Shown: positions 25,995 to 40,404, numbered from the stretch's first letter. The stretch: DNA of 64,000 bases from Octopus vulgaris (GCA_951406725.2 OX597830.1:48360001-48424000), one strand, 5' to 3'. The notes: generated by a model not told the origin, from the letters alone. Translations and numbers: made by a program.

Positions 25995-26160
25995 GAAGAT
26001 GTCCTTTAGATTTTATTGACAAAGCTAGTATACCTTCGAGTACCTTTGATAGCTTGAGTTACTTTACTGACATCAGTTACACGAAATGTCTGCTTCGAAG
26101 ATCATAGAACTGCTGAATTGCGTTTTTACAAGGATTGGACTTACACCGAAATAAACAGAG
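25995..26160 (+). pseudogene. PAN2 exon paralog with a ~71-nt frameshifting deletion
   Basis: Same splice sites as 57824-58054 (ttcttacag|GAAGATGTCC...AACAGAG|gtaagg). Reads RCPLDFIDKASIPSSTFDSLSYFTDISYTKCLL, then a deletion removing three core Cys, then DHRTAELRFYKDWTYTEINR in another frame. Length 166 nt; TAG in the entry frame. Confidence 0.8.
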
Positions 26161-26348
26161 GTAAGGGCGTCATTTTCTTGTTTTTATTTATTTATTTTGT
26201 TGGAATTATACACAGTCAGTTGGACAAGACTAAGGCACCACCTTCAAAAATGTGTTAGTCTGTTATATTGAGGCCAGGATTTTGATTTACTTGGCTCTAT
26301 CATTGGTTAAGTCCAACGTCATATAAAGGTACGGACTCAATACCAAAT

Positions 26349-26349
<1 letters not shown>

Positions 26350-26440
<91 letters not shown>

Positions 26441-26523
26441 TAGACAGTTAGATAGCTAGGTAGATAGATAGGCTGACTGACAGACAGATTGACAGAGAGA
26501 CAGACAGACAGACAGATAGATAC

Positions 26524-26590
<67 letters not shown>

Positions 26591-26800
26591 CATACATACA
26601 TACATACATACATACATAGATAAACAGATGCATGGACACATACATACATGCATGCATACATGCATGCATACATACTTGCATACATACATACATTCACGGA
26701 TGCATGCATGCATACATACGTAGATACATACATACATACTTGCATTCATACATATATAGATGCATGCATGCATACATACATAATACATGTACATGCACAC
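26350..26800. repeat. (GATA)n/(GACA)n/(CATA)n compound microsatellite
   Basis: Direct reading. Confidence 0.95.
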
Positions 26801-26899
26801 ACTCATGCGTACAGTTAACTACTAAATACTCGATGAACAAGAGGGATAAAGATAGCCCCAAACCTCCATGCTGTGATGAAAAATGTCGGCTCTGTGGAA

Positions 26900-27880
26900 G
26901 ATATCAGTCCCAAGCAATGCTGATTTTTGTAGGTGTTCTATATTCACACTTGCAGCAGTCTTTTTCAGCCATGTTGGCAGTTCAGTGTTGATATTTCCAA
27001 GTGCACCAATTATAATTGCTATCAATTCTCCTTTCTTCATTGGCCCCAACCTTCGTATTTCTCACTTCAAATGGTCTTCACCTTGATCCTGTTGTCACCC
27101 GGGCATGCTGTTCCCATTTTTATACATGTTCTTCCATATAAAAATTCACCATAACGATGTCTGGTTTCTGATATCTGGTCAGGTGATTTCCATGGATCAT
27201 TGCATCTGACAGGATTTTGCAATTCTCATTTTCGATGACTCCTTCAGGCGTTTGCTCAACGTCTTTGCTCTTTGTAGGCCGTGATTTCCACAGAACTCCT
27301 AATGGGTTATTCGTGCCACATCGTCATGTCATCTTTTGTATAAGCGTTGTGTCAATTTTGGGCATATTAGTGCTTCTGTCTCTATCTTCAGGTCACTCCT
27401 CCTCATTCATAACCACCGGTCCTCTCTGTACTTGTCTTGGCGTTCACATCTCTTGCAAAATGACCGTACATTTTCTTTACCTTCGATGCTTTTTCTTTTT
27501 TCGTTCATTTTTTTGCTTAAAGTTCTCTTTAGTTACACAATTTTCAGTGTCGATGATGCCATCTTTCCTGTGTTTCAAGAATGGTTTCACAACATTTTGT
27601 ATATTCCACCCTAGGCTGTTTTTTTTTCTGCTTCGATACAGTCCTAGTACCTGATCAAGCCACGCCCACACTTTCTTCTAGACAAGTGTCACTTTTAGGG
27701 TGGAAAGCTCTGTGCGCTGTCAAAATGTTTCTGGTCTTGGTATTCTTCATTTCTCTCTTTTGCCATTTTATAATTCCCACTCCATACCGAAGTGATGCTA
27801 TCGCCCACGTATCGACTGCTTGGATTTTATTCTATCCAATCAATTTTGAGCGCAACACCAACCTCAGTCGTCTGAAATAC
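26900..27880 (-). mobile_element. Decayed R4/Dong-type LINE 3' part (duplicated at ~59165-60205)
   Basis: SLRYGVGIIKW, HRAFHPKSD, IIIGALG and EHLQKSALLGT motifs. Confidence 0.8.
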
Positions 27881-30800
27881 TAGGGCCCTAGTCTGTCTAT
27901 GAAGATAGCTTCCTCATAGACAGACTAGGACCCCAAATTAACAACATGCTGGTTATTTTCAGCCAGTATATTATTCAGCTACATCTGGGTGCGTGTATAG
28001 CGGTATGGCTACCAAGTTTCTCTTATGTTATATTTTATAGCATATATTTTCTAGTTAGTTTGTTTACAGTTAATGCAACGCTACTTATTATGTTTCCTAT
28101 TTGGAAATAGATAAAATTATTTAGCTTTTAAAGTAGGGATATATAATGATAAGACCGTCACTTATAACTTAAGTGTTATCATTATACGCAGTCCTAACTA
28201 CAGCTATATAAATGCCGTAGAGAAATATACTTTCTGGAACGCTAACGAACATTAGCGGGCATGTATATTAAATATATTTTCGTGTTCTTTTGACCGCTAT
28301 AAAAAGTACAGTTTAATAATTACAGAAATACATTTCATATATAGTTTAAGAACTTCCTGCATGGATGGTAGTCCAGGGATCATTCTCAAATTATCTTCAG
28401 TTCATTTTTTTATCGTCCCAAGTGCTTCTACAATTACTGGTATTGTAACCGTCTCGTGATGCCATCTTTGCTCCTACTACTGTGTGGAATTATTAAATAT
28501 TGTTTAGTTTCGACTTTTGTCTTGTACTTGAGATTATCAAAAATATGTGAGGGCTGGAGGTGATAGTAGGAGAAAGAGGAGTAGCTTAGGGGTGGGGCGG
28601 ATTTTTTTGAATTTTCCTTTCCTTTCTTTAGGTTTTTCTGTGGTTTATAGTTTTCGTAACTGTACAGTTTGTATATATTGGTAGGTGCTTCTCTCCTTAA
28701 TTTTTTTCGTGCGTTTAATTTGTGGCTATAAAAGGTACGTTTACATAATTGAGTAGTCAGGGAAAAAAGAAGTGTAAAATTTTCATAGAAAATTGTAGAT
28801 ATTAAAGTTTTAAATTTTCTCAAGATGACCGTTTGTATGTCCGGCCAGAGAAAACTGTAGCGTTCTTGCAATAAAAAGGGTGATTATATTTTCGAATATT
28901 CAGGGAGAAAGGAGAGAATAGGTATTCACAGAAGTTGTAAATATTAACGTTTTATAAGTTTTTCAAAGTTGATTGTTTGAGTGTTCACCCAGAGAAAATT
29001 GAAGATGTGTAAGTTTCTAGCCTTATGGGGCGTCGGGGGAGATTTTAAAAGGCTCACAGGTGATTGTAGATGTTCCAATTACCAAAAGTTATATTTCAGT
29101 TGTTCTGCCGGGTTGTGTTAGTGTTTCTGTGTCTTCGGCTACTGACTGGTCAGTGCAGCCGCTGTCAAGGCTAGCGCTCTTTATTATTATTATTATTATT
29201 ATTATTATCATTATCATCATCATCATCATCATCATTATTACTATTATTATTATTATTATTGTTCTTGTTGTTGTTATTATTGTAATCATTATTATTGATT
29301 TTGGTATTTTAAAAGGATTGACGAACCTCTTCACAAAGGGAAATAGACAATACGAAAAGCATTTCGTCCGGCATGCTAACGATTCGGCCAGTCCGCCGCT
29401 TTAGCATTGCAGACAACATATTAAAATTAATTCCGATCTATTCTACACGCTTCTCTGAGCTCTTCCAGAAAAAAAATCATTTTTTCCTAATCTAAAGCGG
29501 ACTAATTATATTTGTAAGACATATACACCGGACTCCTTACCTAGAATCGAAACCTCGGTCTTCACGCTTGTTTATATTGTTCTCGACATTTGTGTTTAGA
29601 ATCCATTCGTTTTACCTATTTAATTCGCCACCATTTTAGATGAGATAGAGTTTAATCTTGTTAACCCATTCCGTTCTATTGTCAATGGTCTGACTTGACT
29701 TTAGCACTGCAATAAATTCGAGATACCAAGAGAAAAATATTCTCTTTCCTCTTCATCTTCCAAACAGTTAACTATGGCACCTTCTCGCGAACTTTGACCC
29801 ATTTACCCCCCTCAAGTTAGGGTTCACTATTAACAACTACCATTGTAATAGATTATCCATCAAAACTAACTAAATTTCGTGTTTAATTCCCACTCGTCGC
29901 AGTTGCATAACCGCGTAAGTAAAATCTACAGTAAGTGTGAATACCTTTCAGCAGTTCTTAGCAGTGCATCCAGAAGTGTTATCTAAGCAATGCACAGTCT
30001 TTCGCCAACTTGTCACATCTCTACGTGTTACAAACAACTTGCTACATCGTGCCTGTTACGCCTTTCCCGTTACAATTATACCGTTATACATATAAAGACA
30101 TGTTTGAAGTACATTTCGAAAGTAGCTAGAATCTTTATAAACGTCTGTGCCTTCATATCTGAGGCCTTGTGTTATTACTAGAAATAACTGATAGTAAATA
30201 AAACTCAACATATATTAAGGAAGTAATGACTTCTTATATAAAATCGTCTTATATATAAATAGGGAAGTCGATTGTATTAAGGAGATTAGGATTTCTTGAT
30301 CAATATTAAAGAAATCACGGAAGATATTAAGACCATCAGAAGAATAAGAAACTATTTTTATTCCATTTCAGAACTTTGGAACGATTTCAATCAGTCAAAT
30401 ACACTGGACAAGATTAACTCTGGACAAGATTAAATGCATACATACATATGTATATGTGTATATAAGTGTGTTTTATTATAGATAAGACTATTCAAATCCA
30501 TCTTTGCTTACTTCTTTCATTCTAGATTTTTTCGTATTTTTGTGTCCTTTTTTGCAGTTGGTTTAAAAGAATAAATTTCCTAAATCCAACGTTTCCAAAG
30601 CTCCACTATTTCATTTTCAAGTTTTGAAATAGATTTGGCGTCTGCATTACTTCATATACATCGGTCAAATTCATGTTTATTTTTTTGTGTGCTTTTTTTC
30701 TTTTTCTCGTTTCTCATCTTTAATTCATTGATCTTCTGTCTCCAGTTCTTGTCGAAAAAATATGAGAAATTAATGTCGCTCTCTTCTTCATCGCATTATT

Positions 30801-31165
30801 TCTTCTACTTAGAGTCCTAATTCTTAGTTAAATATATTAGCAGTAAATTTATGATTCCTCTCCCCGAGATACCCAGCCACATGCCCCTTCTCCTTCTCCC
30901 GTCATACATGCTATTACACCAACCAGATCACATCTCGCATCAATTATTAATCCCAGTCCTTCCTTTCTAGATTATGCAAAACTCAGGAACTCACTCTCTA
31001 CTCTCACTACCCTAAAGATGTCCAAACGGAACATTAATGAAGTCGATCTATCGAATCAATAGTCCATATCCATTCGTTTCCCTTGTACCTTCCAATGAAG
31101 AGCAATAATTTAATGTATGTTCTTATATTTCTTGTGCCTTCTCTTGCTTTTTTTTTCTATTGCAG

Positions 31166-31383
31166 AAAAAGAAATTAATGGCCAGACATCTTATTCAACA
31201 TTTTCCTTCAAACAAAATCCATATCACAACCTTATAACCGAGGTCCAAATGGATGCCCGCTCGGTCTTGGATTGTTCACGTTTATGTACGATATCTTCTA
31301 CATGTACCGCCTTTTCATATACTAACACTAAGTGCCTACTAAAGAAACTGATCACGTTTGCTAATAAGAATTATATAAGATAA
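31166..31383 (+). CDS. Terminal PAN exon, copy 2 (probably pseudogenic because the preceding exon is broken)
   Basis: ctattgcag|AAAAAGAAATT; encodes KEINGQTSYSTF...CSRLCTISSTCTAFSYTNTKCLLKKL. A 69-nt deletion removes the usual stop and gives ITFANKNYIR*. AATAAA at 31402-31407. Confidence 0.6.
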
Positions 31384-32199
31384 AATGTGTGTTTCTTCGT
31401 GAATAAAATCAATTTAATTCAGTTATTTCTTTTGTTTATTTATTTTTATTGCTAACGTTTTTCCTTTCAAATTAGTCTTCTCTTAGAAATCCATTCACAC
31501 ATTCGAAGGTTTATAAGACTATTAAATTTACTTGAGTACCAATGAAGCAATTGGGTGTTATTTTATCGACCTTCAAAGAATGGGACACTAAGTTAACCTG
31601 GACAGCATTTTGTTTCAAAACGTAATGGGTCTTAACTAAATACCAGAAGCAGTCAACCGAATCATTTACGCTTCTTACCCATCATCTAAATAATATATGA
31701 GATAAAATAATTGCATTTGATTGGTTTCTCTTAAAAAGTGAAATGATTTGTTATTCAAACTAAAAAAAAAAACGAAAAATAAAGCAAATTGAGGAAAGTA
31801 ACATGGAAAACTTTTCTGAAAGATTATAGTAAACATTTCACGAGAATTATTGTACGTCAATTCCAATGTAAGAAAGCACCAAAAATCTTAGGTAACATGA
31901 TTGTTAATTTGAGTTTTAGCTCTGGGGTGTCAGGAACTATTTAATCCGGCTGATCTAAACTGTCTTTATCAAGGATTATAATGCGAAATTAAAATCTTTT
32001 CTTTTTCAGCAACTTACTTGCAACTTATAATTACAGGTTAAACGAAGAATAGGTTAAACCAAAATACGAAATCAATTATACGGGAAAACGAAATCTAATA
32101 GAAATTTGATCGTAAACTCAGAAGCCCCACGATTTCTTTCAGGTTATCGAATAGTTAAGATAGTTTTTTGCTGTGAAAAACATGAATTGCAATACTGAC

Positions 32200-32770
32200 C
32201 ATACATGTCATAAAATATATGCATGCATGCATATATACCTACATACATACATAAATACATATATACATTCATACATACATACATACATACATACATACAT
32301 ACACACATACATACATACATGCATGCATACATACACACATACTCCTGCACTGCATGCATACATACATACAAACATACATACATATATACATACATACATT
32401 CATACATACGTATATATATACATACATACATACATACATACATGCCTGCATGCATACATACATACATGCATGCATACATATATACATGCTAGCATGCACG
32501 CATACATACATACATACATACATGCATACATACATATATGCATACATACATGTATACATACATACATGCATACATACATGCATACATACATACATGCATA
32601 CATACATGCATGCATACATACACACATACATACATACATACACACATACATACATACATACATACATACATACATACATACATACATACATACATACATA
32701 CATACATACATACATACATACATACATACATACATACATACATGCATGCATGCATGCATGCATGCATGAA
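32200..32770. repeat. (CATA)n/(CATG)n compound microsatellite
   Basis: Direct reading. Confidence 0.95.
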
Positions 32771-35768
32771 CTGGCAACAGCCGTTTGAACTGTATGACTG
32801 ATTCTTATTTTACCGACTCTGCTGGGATAAATGATAAAATCGAGTTCGACCAAATTTGAAATGCAGACGTAGAGGAATGTGATAACGGGCATTAACTCAT
32901 CGTTTTCTATCCATTCGCTGCCATTGTCACTAAGGTATATTGGTTTCAAATTGTGGCACTAGCCCAACAATTTCGGAGGAGGAGGAGGTAAATCGATTAC
33001 ATGAACTCCCGTGTTCAACTGGGACTTAATTAATCGATTCCCAAAAACGATAAATGCCGAAATCGACCTTGGTGGAATTTGAACTCAGAACGTAGAGACG
33101 AACGAAATGCCGCGAAGTATTTTGTCCATCACACTACCGACTCTGCCAGCTCGTCACCTTATTACTACAATATATTAAAGAGTGTTCACCTGTTTTGCAG
33201 TATCCTGTTCTGGTGTTACTTTGTTTACAACTCCGAGATACACTTAGGCGATATCAATAATGTTAAACGTCCTCTGTTCAATATATTCATTTACAATGGT
33301 ATGGTATAAACCCAGGATTGACTCTGTCTTTGTATTTGCAATTAACAGATATTGACTCTGTTTTTTTTTTCTTGCAATTAACTGATATTCATTGATTAAT
33401 TGACGATATTAATCAATTAAAAAGGCTATTTATTATTCACTTCATAGAGATTTTATGATCAACAGTGTTGTTAGTTACAAGGCTTTCATTTAACTAGCTT
33501 TGCCCCACATAATACCTATACAATCAATATTCCTAAACTAAACTCTCATTTGTGAATATATGGTCGTTGGATATCGGATATTTTATGTAGTATGTAATGA
33601 ATGTTGATGAGTCGTCTATTAATCTTTTGTTTCGGATCATTATTCTACTTCTTATAAGAAGCTAAGAACTTGGTCTAGATTGTTCGAAACTGTTGAATGC
33701 CGGCCTGATTTCTCGGTGCATTACGTCAAATGTAAACACCAAATATTTTGAAAGTTGTCAATGCCAACACTTTCGATTTTCCTATCTTTTTATCAAAATC
33801 TCAATTCGAAAATTCTAATGCTTAGAGGTGGTCGGTTGACCTTTCGGCTTAGTTTCTATTGTTGCCTGCAAGTTTCAAATAATATTATCCAATGAGTTTT
33901 ATATTAGAAGATGGTAAAGAGTGTTATGTAGAAAATATGTTTGCTAAATCTCGCGAGTCGGACATCTTTACAGAAGTTTCCTCATTCAAACTTGTAGTTT
34001 TGATACAACCATTTGGTTTATTTTTGTCTCGTTTTTTCTTAATCTTAAATCTATTATTCAAGAAGGATATTTTCATTTTAAGAACACGAGTGTTTGGAAC
34101 TGAATTTGCTGGTTGTATGATAATGAGCGTGGTTGGATAGCTTAGAAATTCCTCTCAAAATCGCGTGATCTTAAAACACCGTATTTTCGGCTAGTACATT
34201 TTACCATCATCTCAAGTCGACCAAAGCTTCGTAAGTGAAATTACGGAGAAACTGTGTAGAATCCCGTCCAGTTGATAACAGTTCTAATTTAAAGGTGAAA
34301 CCGTGTCGCATTGTCTCAGTCTGGTTCTATCTGAGAATTACGTTAAGTGTACACCTATCAATAGAATGTTCTGCGACTTGTACACTAATTCAATGAGTAA
34401 GTTGTCCTGAGGATCGAATTCATCGTCGAAATCAACGGAGATCCACTTAATCATCATATCAAATGTATTTTCATAATTCTTCTCCAAACTTTATCCACGT
34501 CCAAATAAGTTGTATATTACTTGAATCATCGCGTAAAGTGAACATTTTGTAGTTTTAATTTCAAATTCTTATCGTCAGTTCTATGTTAGTAAGATTTCTA
34601 CTTTGTAATTAACCTTGTTAATTTCTGAGAGTGTGCAAGAGATCGTGAAATTGTTTAAATTGCTGATATCATCATTTACCGTTGATTACCAATGTGTTAG
34701 AATGCTGAACATCCCTTTCTACACTGCTTATAGTGTCCCTTCGTTCGGATCTCCTATTGATTTCTTTATAAGTTCTAAAATCTCGTCAGCTTACTAGGAA
34801 TTTATCTGACTGAGCATTTGTTTCATGATATTCTAAAACAACACGCATGAAACATGGGCCTGAGAGTGAAAGACACCTAAGAGGATGTTGCACGGTGAAC
34901 GGACACTGTCAAAGAAGATTCCTAGCGAATTTCTTGAAGAAACATGACAATGGTTATCCATGCTACAGGTGACGCCAAGGTGGGACAATACGAGTTATTG
35001 AAGTTAATAATAGGTGTGTAGTCCCCAATAGAAAGGACCAATGTCGTACTTTCAAAGCGCATGTAAATATGCAAATATGTCCGACTACCAAGTCAATGAA
35101 ATACATATTCAAGTAACTCTATAAAGGCTACAAAAACATTAAATTTAATATAAGTAAAAGGAAGATGGACGTTGAAGTTGTACATGATGAAAATATATAA
35201 CAGACCCCATGCTAATATACTCGCTGTCAGTGCAACAGCAAGAATATTTCTTTTACAGAGAAAGTAATGAGAAAGAAGCGTTAGAGAGAGAGAAGAGCTG
35301 CCCGTTGTAACACGCCTCTACCATCATGGTTTGTCCTTAGTAAATGATACAGAAATACAAGACGCCGGTTGCATATTGATATTCCTTATCATTATGTGTG
35401 TGACAAAGGGATGACTGTTTGGAAACTACACGAGAGATGAGAAGAGAGAATTATTTCAAGACTTTAGTTTCCAAGTCCAAAGCAAGAAGAAATATTTTAT
35501 CTGAGATTGTTATTGTTACCTGTTGAAGGAGCTCGCATTTTTTGACGATCTTAAAACAGCTGATGGTGTACGATAGAAGGTGGCATGAAATAGCTGTCAT
35601 CGTTTTAATAACACAAGTGGAAACATACTTTATAAACGATAAAGTTGTTGGTAATTTTGTTTTGCAGTAGAAACATGCATACGCATACACATGCAAAAGC
35701 ACACACACATGAACAAGTACATACATACACACAGACCGACACGCATACATACAGACACACATACACAC

Positions 35769-35809
<41 letters not shown>

Positions 35810-36046
35810 TATGTATCATGTTGTGTTATTATGCCATCTCAAGCGTTACGTCAATACCCTTTCATGTGGAGTATCTTTACAAGGTGTATTGAATAGATAT
35901 AAACAATTCACTTGAGGAATACAATGCCAGCTAATAGTGATAAATCGATACGAAGTCCATATAATGATTATCCTTCATTAAGAGGATAAATTCAAGCTAG
36001 TAACATCTCGTTCTTGACAGCCATTTCTACCTAGAAAACAGACAGG

Positions 36047-36077
36047 ATGTTGAGGAGGAATTGTCTTCGAATTATTT
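36047..36077 (+). CDS. Putative first coding exon of the tri-PAN secreted protein (signal peptide N-half)
   Basis: Acceptor ttcttgacag at 36020. ATG TTG AGG AGG AAT TGT CTT CGA ATT ATT T|gtaagt with a perfect donor, phase 1. Joins 49490 to give MLRRNCLRIIFLFYISLTFGNG. Confidence 0.55.
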
Positions 36078-36278
36078 GTAAGTAAATGTTTTATTGTATA
36101 ATTAATATATGCTTTTAATTTTTAAGAGTTTAGCCATCACGACTGAGACCCTACAAGAACACACTTTATATATATATGAGTTCAGCAAAAATTTAGTTTC
36201 ACATGAATATGGTACTTAAGTTGAGGCACCAGAATTTAGTACAGTATTATCCATACGATTTCAAAGTAAGGCGAATAA

Positions 36279-36955
36279 ATCAAACTAAGCAACAAGGATA
36301 TCCAGAGGTAATGCCGTACGATCGTTTCATGTAACTCCATTTAATTGAATAATGCAATCATTACATCAATTTAAGATGCAGAGCAATCTTCAGCTGCACA
36401 AAGACACAGAATTTAATTAAATTGAACAGATGAACACATTACTATAATTATACCTAAAATCTCCAAGAAGTTAAGAAGATAGACAAAAAACATGCTGTCT
36501 CACTCCAGCATAGAAGTTACTCAGTTTTCATGAAGATATACATTGTTACAGACTCTGTCTATCACTGATTTTTTGTCGTTATGAGGTCATTTTTAAATTA
36601 TAGACTAGTTCATCAAATCCCATGTATATCTAAAGCTAAGAGAACAGAGGGCAGTATCTGTTAGGGGTAGGGCTGAGGAAGCAGACAGACATCATAGTTG
36701 GTATAATAGTTAAATATTTTAAAGAGTGTTGCTATATTGTATACAGTTAAAGTTTAGAGTTATTCAGAGGATTATTAAGAAGAATATTATAACAAAAGGA
36801 TAGAAATTTATGAATACTTTTGAGTACGTACCAAATTACTACCACAGTTGAGTGAGGAAAAGAAATTATCCAGAAATAGTTTAATATTTATACATATTGT
36901 ACACTTAAATACTAACTCATCAGATGGTATCTGTGAATATTGATTAATTGGTATA
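36279..36955 (-). repeat. Left arm of a long inverted repeat (partner 46653-47463); Penelope-like, with a hammerhead motif at 36311-36399
   Basis: Reverse-complement match over ~680 bp. Minus strand reads GTGCAG-CTGAAGA...GAAAC-GATC-GT-A-CGGCAT. Confidence 0.85.
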
Positions 36956-36956
36956 T

Positions 36957-37300
36957 GATGAGACCCCCTTCGGTCATGACTGACCATGGGATTGCACCTA
37001 GAATGTTATCCTCCGAGGCACAATCCGGGCAAGGCTTGTTTATGGAAGACCAGCAGTCGACCCTGCATACCAGCCTCCCCTCTCCACGCCACCAGTGTTA
37101 TCCAAGGGAAAGACAAAGGGGCCGATATAGCTTGGCATCAGTGATGTCGCAACTCATTTCAACAGCTGAGTGAACTGGAGCAACGTAAAACAAAGTGCCT
37201 TGCTCAAGAACACAACACGCAGCATAGTCCGGGATTCGAACTCACAACCTCACGATTGTAAGCTTGTCGCTCTAACCACTGAGCCATGCGCCTTCACACA
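36957..37300 (-). mobile_element. Full-length tRNA-derived SINE with a 9-bp TSD (AATTGGTAT)
   Basis: Minus strand GGCGCATGGCTCAGTGGTTAGAGCG (A box), GAGTTCGAATCCC (B box), TTCTTGAGCAAGGCACTT body. AATTGGTAT on both sides. Confidence 0.88.
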
Positions 37301-37607
37301 ATTGGTATTAACCTCAGCTCTTCTAATTAAGTACCCCTAAGAAACTGTAATATCATTTATGGATTAACACAACTTTTAAAATCGATATTATACCTCTTAA
37401 TTTAATATTAGTATATAATTAGCATGTCCTTTTAACAACAAATATTCTTTTAAACAATTCCAGGTTTCAGTCCTGATTATGATAAGCTATTATAAGTTAA
37501 CAATTTTTTGCTCATAATACTTAAATTATTATACTTTTTTTATAAATACTTGCTATTAGACTTTTTTTATTCCTTTTCTATGATGCTCTACCCTAACGAT
37601 CACTTTA

Positions 37608-37665
<58 letters not shown>

Positions 37666-37666
37666 G

Positions 37667-37722
<56 letters not shown>

Positions 37723-37725
37723 TAT

Positions 37726-38200
37726 TGAGTGAGAGAGCAGTGCATGCCATCAAAGTGACACTGGGGTAAAATATACGAAGCCCAATATACCCATCATGAC
37801 TACCCGTCTGATAAAGGTACACCAGGCACATGCATCACAACCATATGTGCGCGACATGGTGATCTCATATCAAGATAAACAGCACATGACCTTGCAGGTG
37901 GGGCCCAGTTAGAATTTTCTTCATGTTGAGTAGCCCATCCCGCTCAAACGGTCCCTGAATAAGGGTTGTTTAAGGATGTTGAAAGAACCACCCATGTTTC
38001 CAGAGGTGAACTATTCAAACCCCAAAGAATCCCTCTCAACACATGGCTATGATGCTCCCCCACTACTTCTGCTCGTGATCAGAGATGCACATATCGTCAG
38101 CCACTAAGGGACATGATCAACTGGTTAAGGTCAAACAACTGACAAGCAAATCTGTGGTATTGAGCAGAATATTTGCTGTAGCCCATCTTTTATACGAAGA
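37726..38200 (-). mobile_element. Non-coding TAA-tailed retroelement, 5'-truncated
   Basis: Near-identical to ~40477-40960. (TAA)n tail at ~37610-37725. Confidence 0.8.
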
Positions 38201-38292
38201 CAAAACAATTATACCAAGACAAAACAATTATACCAAGACAAAACAATTATACCAAGACAAAACAATTATACCAAGACAAAACAATTATACCA

Positions 38293-38361
<69 letters not shown>

Positions 38362-38384
38362 GTTATAATTATCATTATTGTTGT

Positions 38385-40403
38385 ACTGGTGGATGTCTAA
38401 AAAAAATGTTTGTTTTAAACCTTGAGATTACATAGAAAGTATTTTGTGTAGGATATGAGCAGTTCCCATGAGCACTATCTTTTAAATTTCTACCATTTTG
38501 CGGTTTCCTGGTATCTGAGTTAGGTAGCTATCAGGCCCTTTTGCTATCATTCCCAGGGAACCTATGACAACAGGTATTGTTTTAGTCTTCAGCTTCCACA
38601 TTTTGCTGATTTCTATTTCAAGATCTTTATATTTGCTCAGTTTTTGGTAGGTCTTGACAGATACGTTTATATCGATTGGGACAGTCATATCAATGAGGAG
38701 GCATGTTCTTTGTTTGAAGTCTTTCAATATGATGTCTGGCCTATTTGCATCTATCTTTCTGTCAGTTTGAATGGTGAAGTTCCAGAGGAGTGAGATGTGG
38801 TCATTTTCAAGCACTGGGGGTGGTTTGTGTTCCCACCAGTTTTTTTCATGGGGCAAATCCAGGTTTTTACAGATTACCCCGTGAATATATTGTGCAGCTC
38901 TATCGTGCCTGTTGAGATACTCTGTAGGCGCTAGAAACTGCACTTGGAGACCACATGATCAATGGTTTCATTTTGTTGCTGGCATACACGACACGTTGGA
39001 CTGCTGCTGATCTTTAATATGTTGGCTGGTAGTTTCTTGTTGGTAGGCATTGATCTTGAGCTGCTATGATAAACCCCTCTGTTTCAGATTTTAAGCCAGA
39101 GGCCATTAGCCATTGATGGGTCAGGGCTTTGTCAACATCTGCATTATTCGCTCTCTTTGGGTATTTACCATAGAGAGGTTTTTCTTGCCATTTATCATTC
39201 AGAATATCTAAGGCCGCAGATTTAGCACGGGTTTTCATGCGCTTAGCTTTTTCTGTGTCTGTTTCTTGTATGTCTATCACTAATTCCGAAATTTGTGGTA
39301 TTCGGAATTCACTTAGATATTCCTTTGCCTGTTTTGTTACTGAGTATGATGCTTTTTTGTTTTCATGTTTTGAGACAAGTTTTAACATCCAGTCCTCAGA
39401 GTTTTTCAGGTAGGTGTCTAGGCCAATTGTAGCAATCTTCATTGTTATTGCCAGTTGTAAAAGTCCACGGCCTTCCTCTTTTCTTGGCAGATAAAGTCGT
39501 TCTGTATCTGCCTTACGGTGGTGCATTCTATGCATTGTCAACAGTTTTCGTATTGTTCTGTCAAGATTACATATTTCAGTAATTGACCAGTTAACGATAT
39601 TGAAACTGTAAGTCACGACTGGTATGGCTAATGCATTGATCGCTTCGATCCTGTTTCTCGCATTCAGCTCTGTCTTGAGTATTGCTCTCACTCTTCGATA
39701 GCATTCTCTCCTGATCCTTTCCTTCATCTCTGAATGCCTTATTCCGTCTCCTTCAATTACCCCTAGATACTTGTAGTTCTCCGCTGGGTCTAATTATTTT
39801 ATGACATTCTGCTGGTCAATGTTAACGTTAGATGTTTCTGTCATTTTTCCTTTGATAAAGGTAGCTTTTGCACACTTATCGAGGCCAAATTGCATTCTGA
39901 TGTCATCACTGAATTGTTTGACAATCGCTAGTAAGCCCTTGAGTTGTTGGTCATTTTTTGCAAAAAGCTTTAAATCATCCATGTAAATGGGATGATTTAT
40001 ATTTTTATCAAACATTTTATATCCGTACTGCGCGTCATTGAGCAGTTTTGAGAGAGGTATTAAGGTTAAACAGAAGAGGAGTGGTGATAGCGAGTCACCC
40101 TGGAAAATGCCACATGAAATGTTTACATCACCAGCATTTAGGGATTCATTGTCACTGTTCAAAGTTAGTGTGGTTCTCCATGATCTCATACTTACAGACA
40201 AAAAGTTTCGCAGAGTAGGTGCTATCTTATACATTTCTAGGCATTTCTTAATCCAGCTATGTGGTAGGCTATCAAAAGCCTTTTAATAGTCTATCCAGGC
40301 TATTGATAAGTTTTTGTGTCGTTTGTGAAAATTTTCTAAGATCATCTTATTGATGAGTAGTTGATCTTTACAACCGTAGGATCCACGTTTACATCTTTTC
40401 TGT

Positions 40404-40404
<1 letters not shown>
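38385..40404 (-). mobile_element. R4/Dong-type LINE, 5'-truncated, with a few stops/frameshifts
   Basis: ORFs 39794-40234, 39014-39727 and 38482-38943, nearly identical to 42623-45049. Bounded by (TTA)n. Confidence 0.95.

Larger units (their letters stand above)
25810..31790 (+). repeat. Tandem segmental duplication, copy 2 (PAN2 exon through 3' flank)
   Basis: Colinear with ~57640-64000, including the shared decayed LINE, hairpin and SINE stub. Confidence 0.95.

Noticed and set aside
28430-29200. Penelope ORF remnant (also ~60970-61700, and GIY-YIG-like VIYAISC at ~7400-7470)
   Set aside because: The resemblance is faint across many stops and too weak to call without an HMM search.
5746-31383. 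One long multi-PAN gene splicing the copy-1 last exon to the copy-2 PAN2 exon
   Set aside because: Copy 1 has a stop and a polyA signal, the cryptic donor would create T+GA = stop, and the 25995 exon is frameshifted.
37225-37295. tRNA gene (also 18660-18730 and 18251-18325)
   Set aside because: The tRNA-like heads lack a proper acceptor stem and run into SINE or repeat bodies.
38197-38292. Short direct repeats as a CRISPR array (also 21146-21300)
   Set aside because: There are no unique spacers and no cas genes, and the context is eukaryotic.
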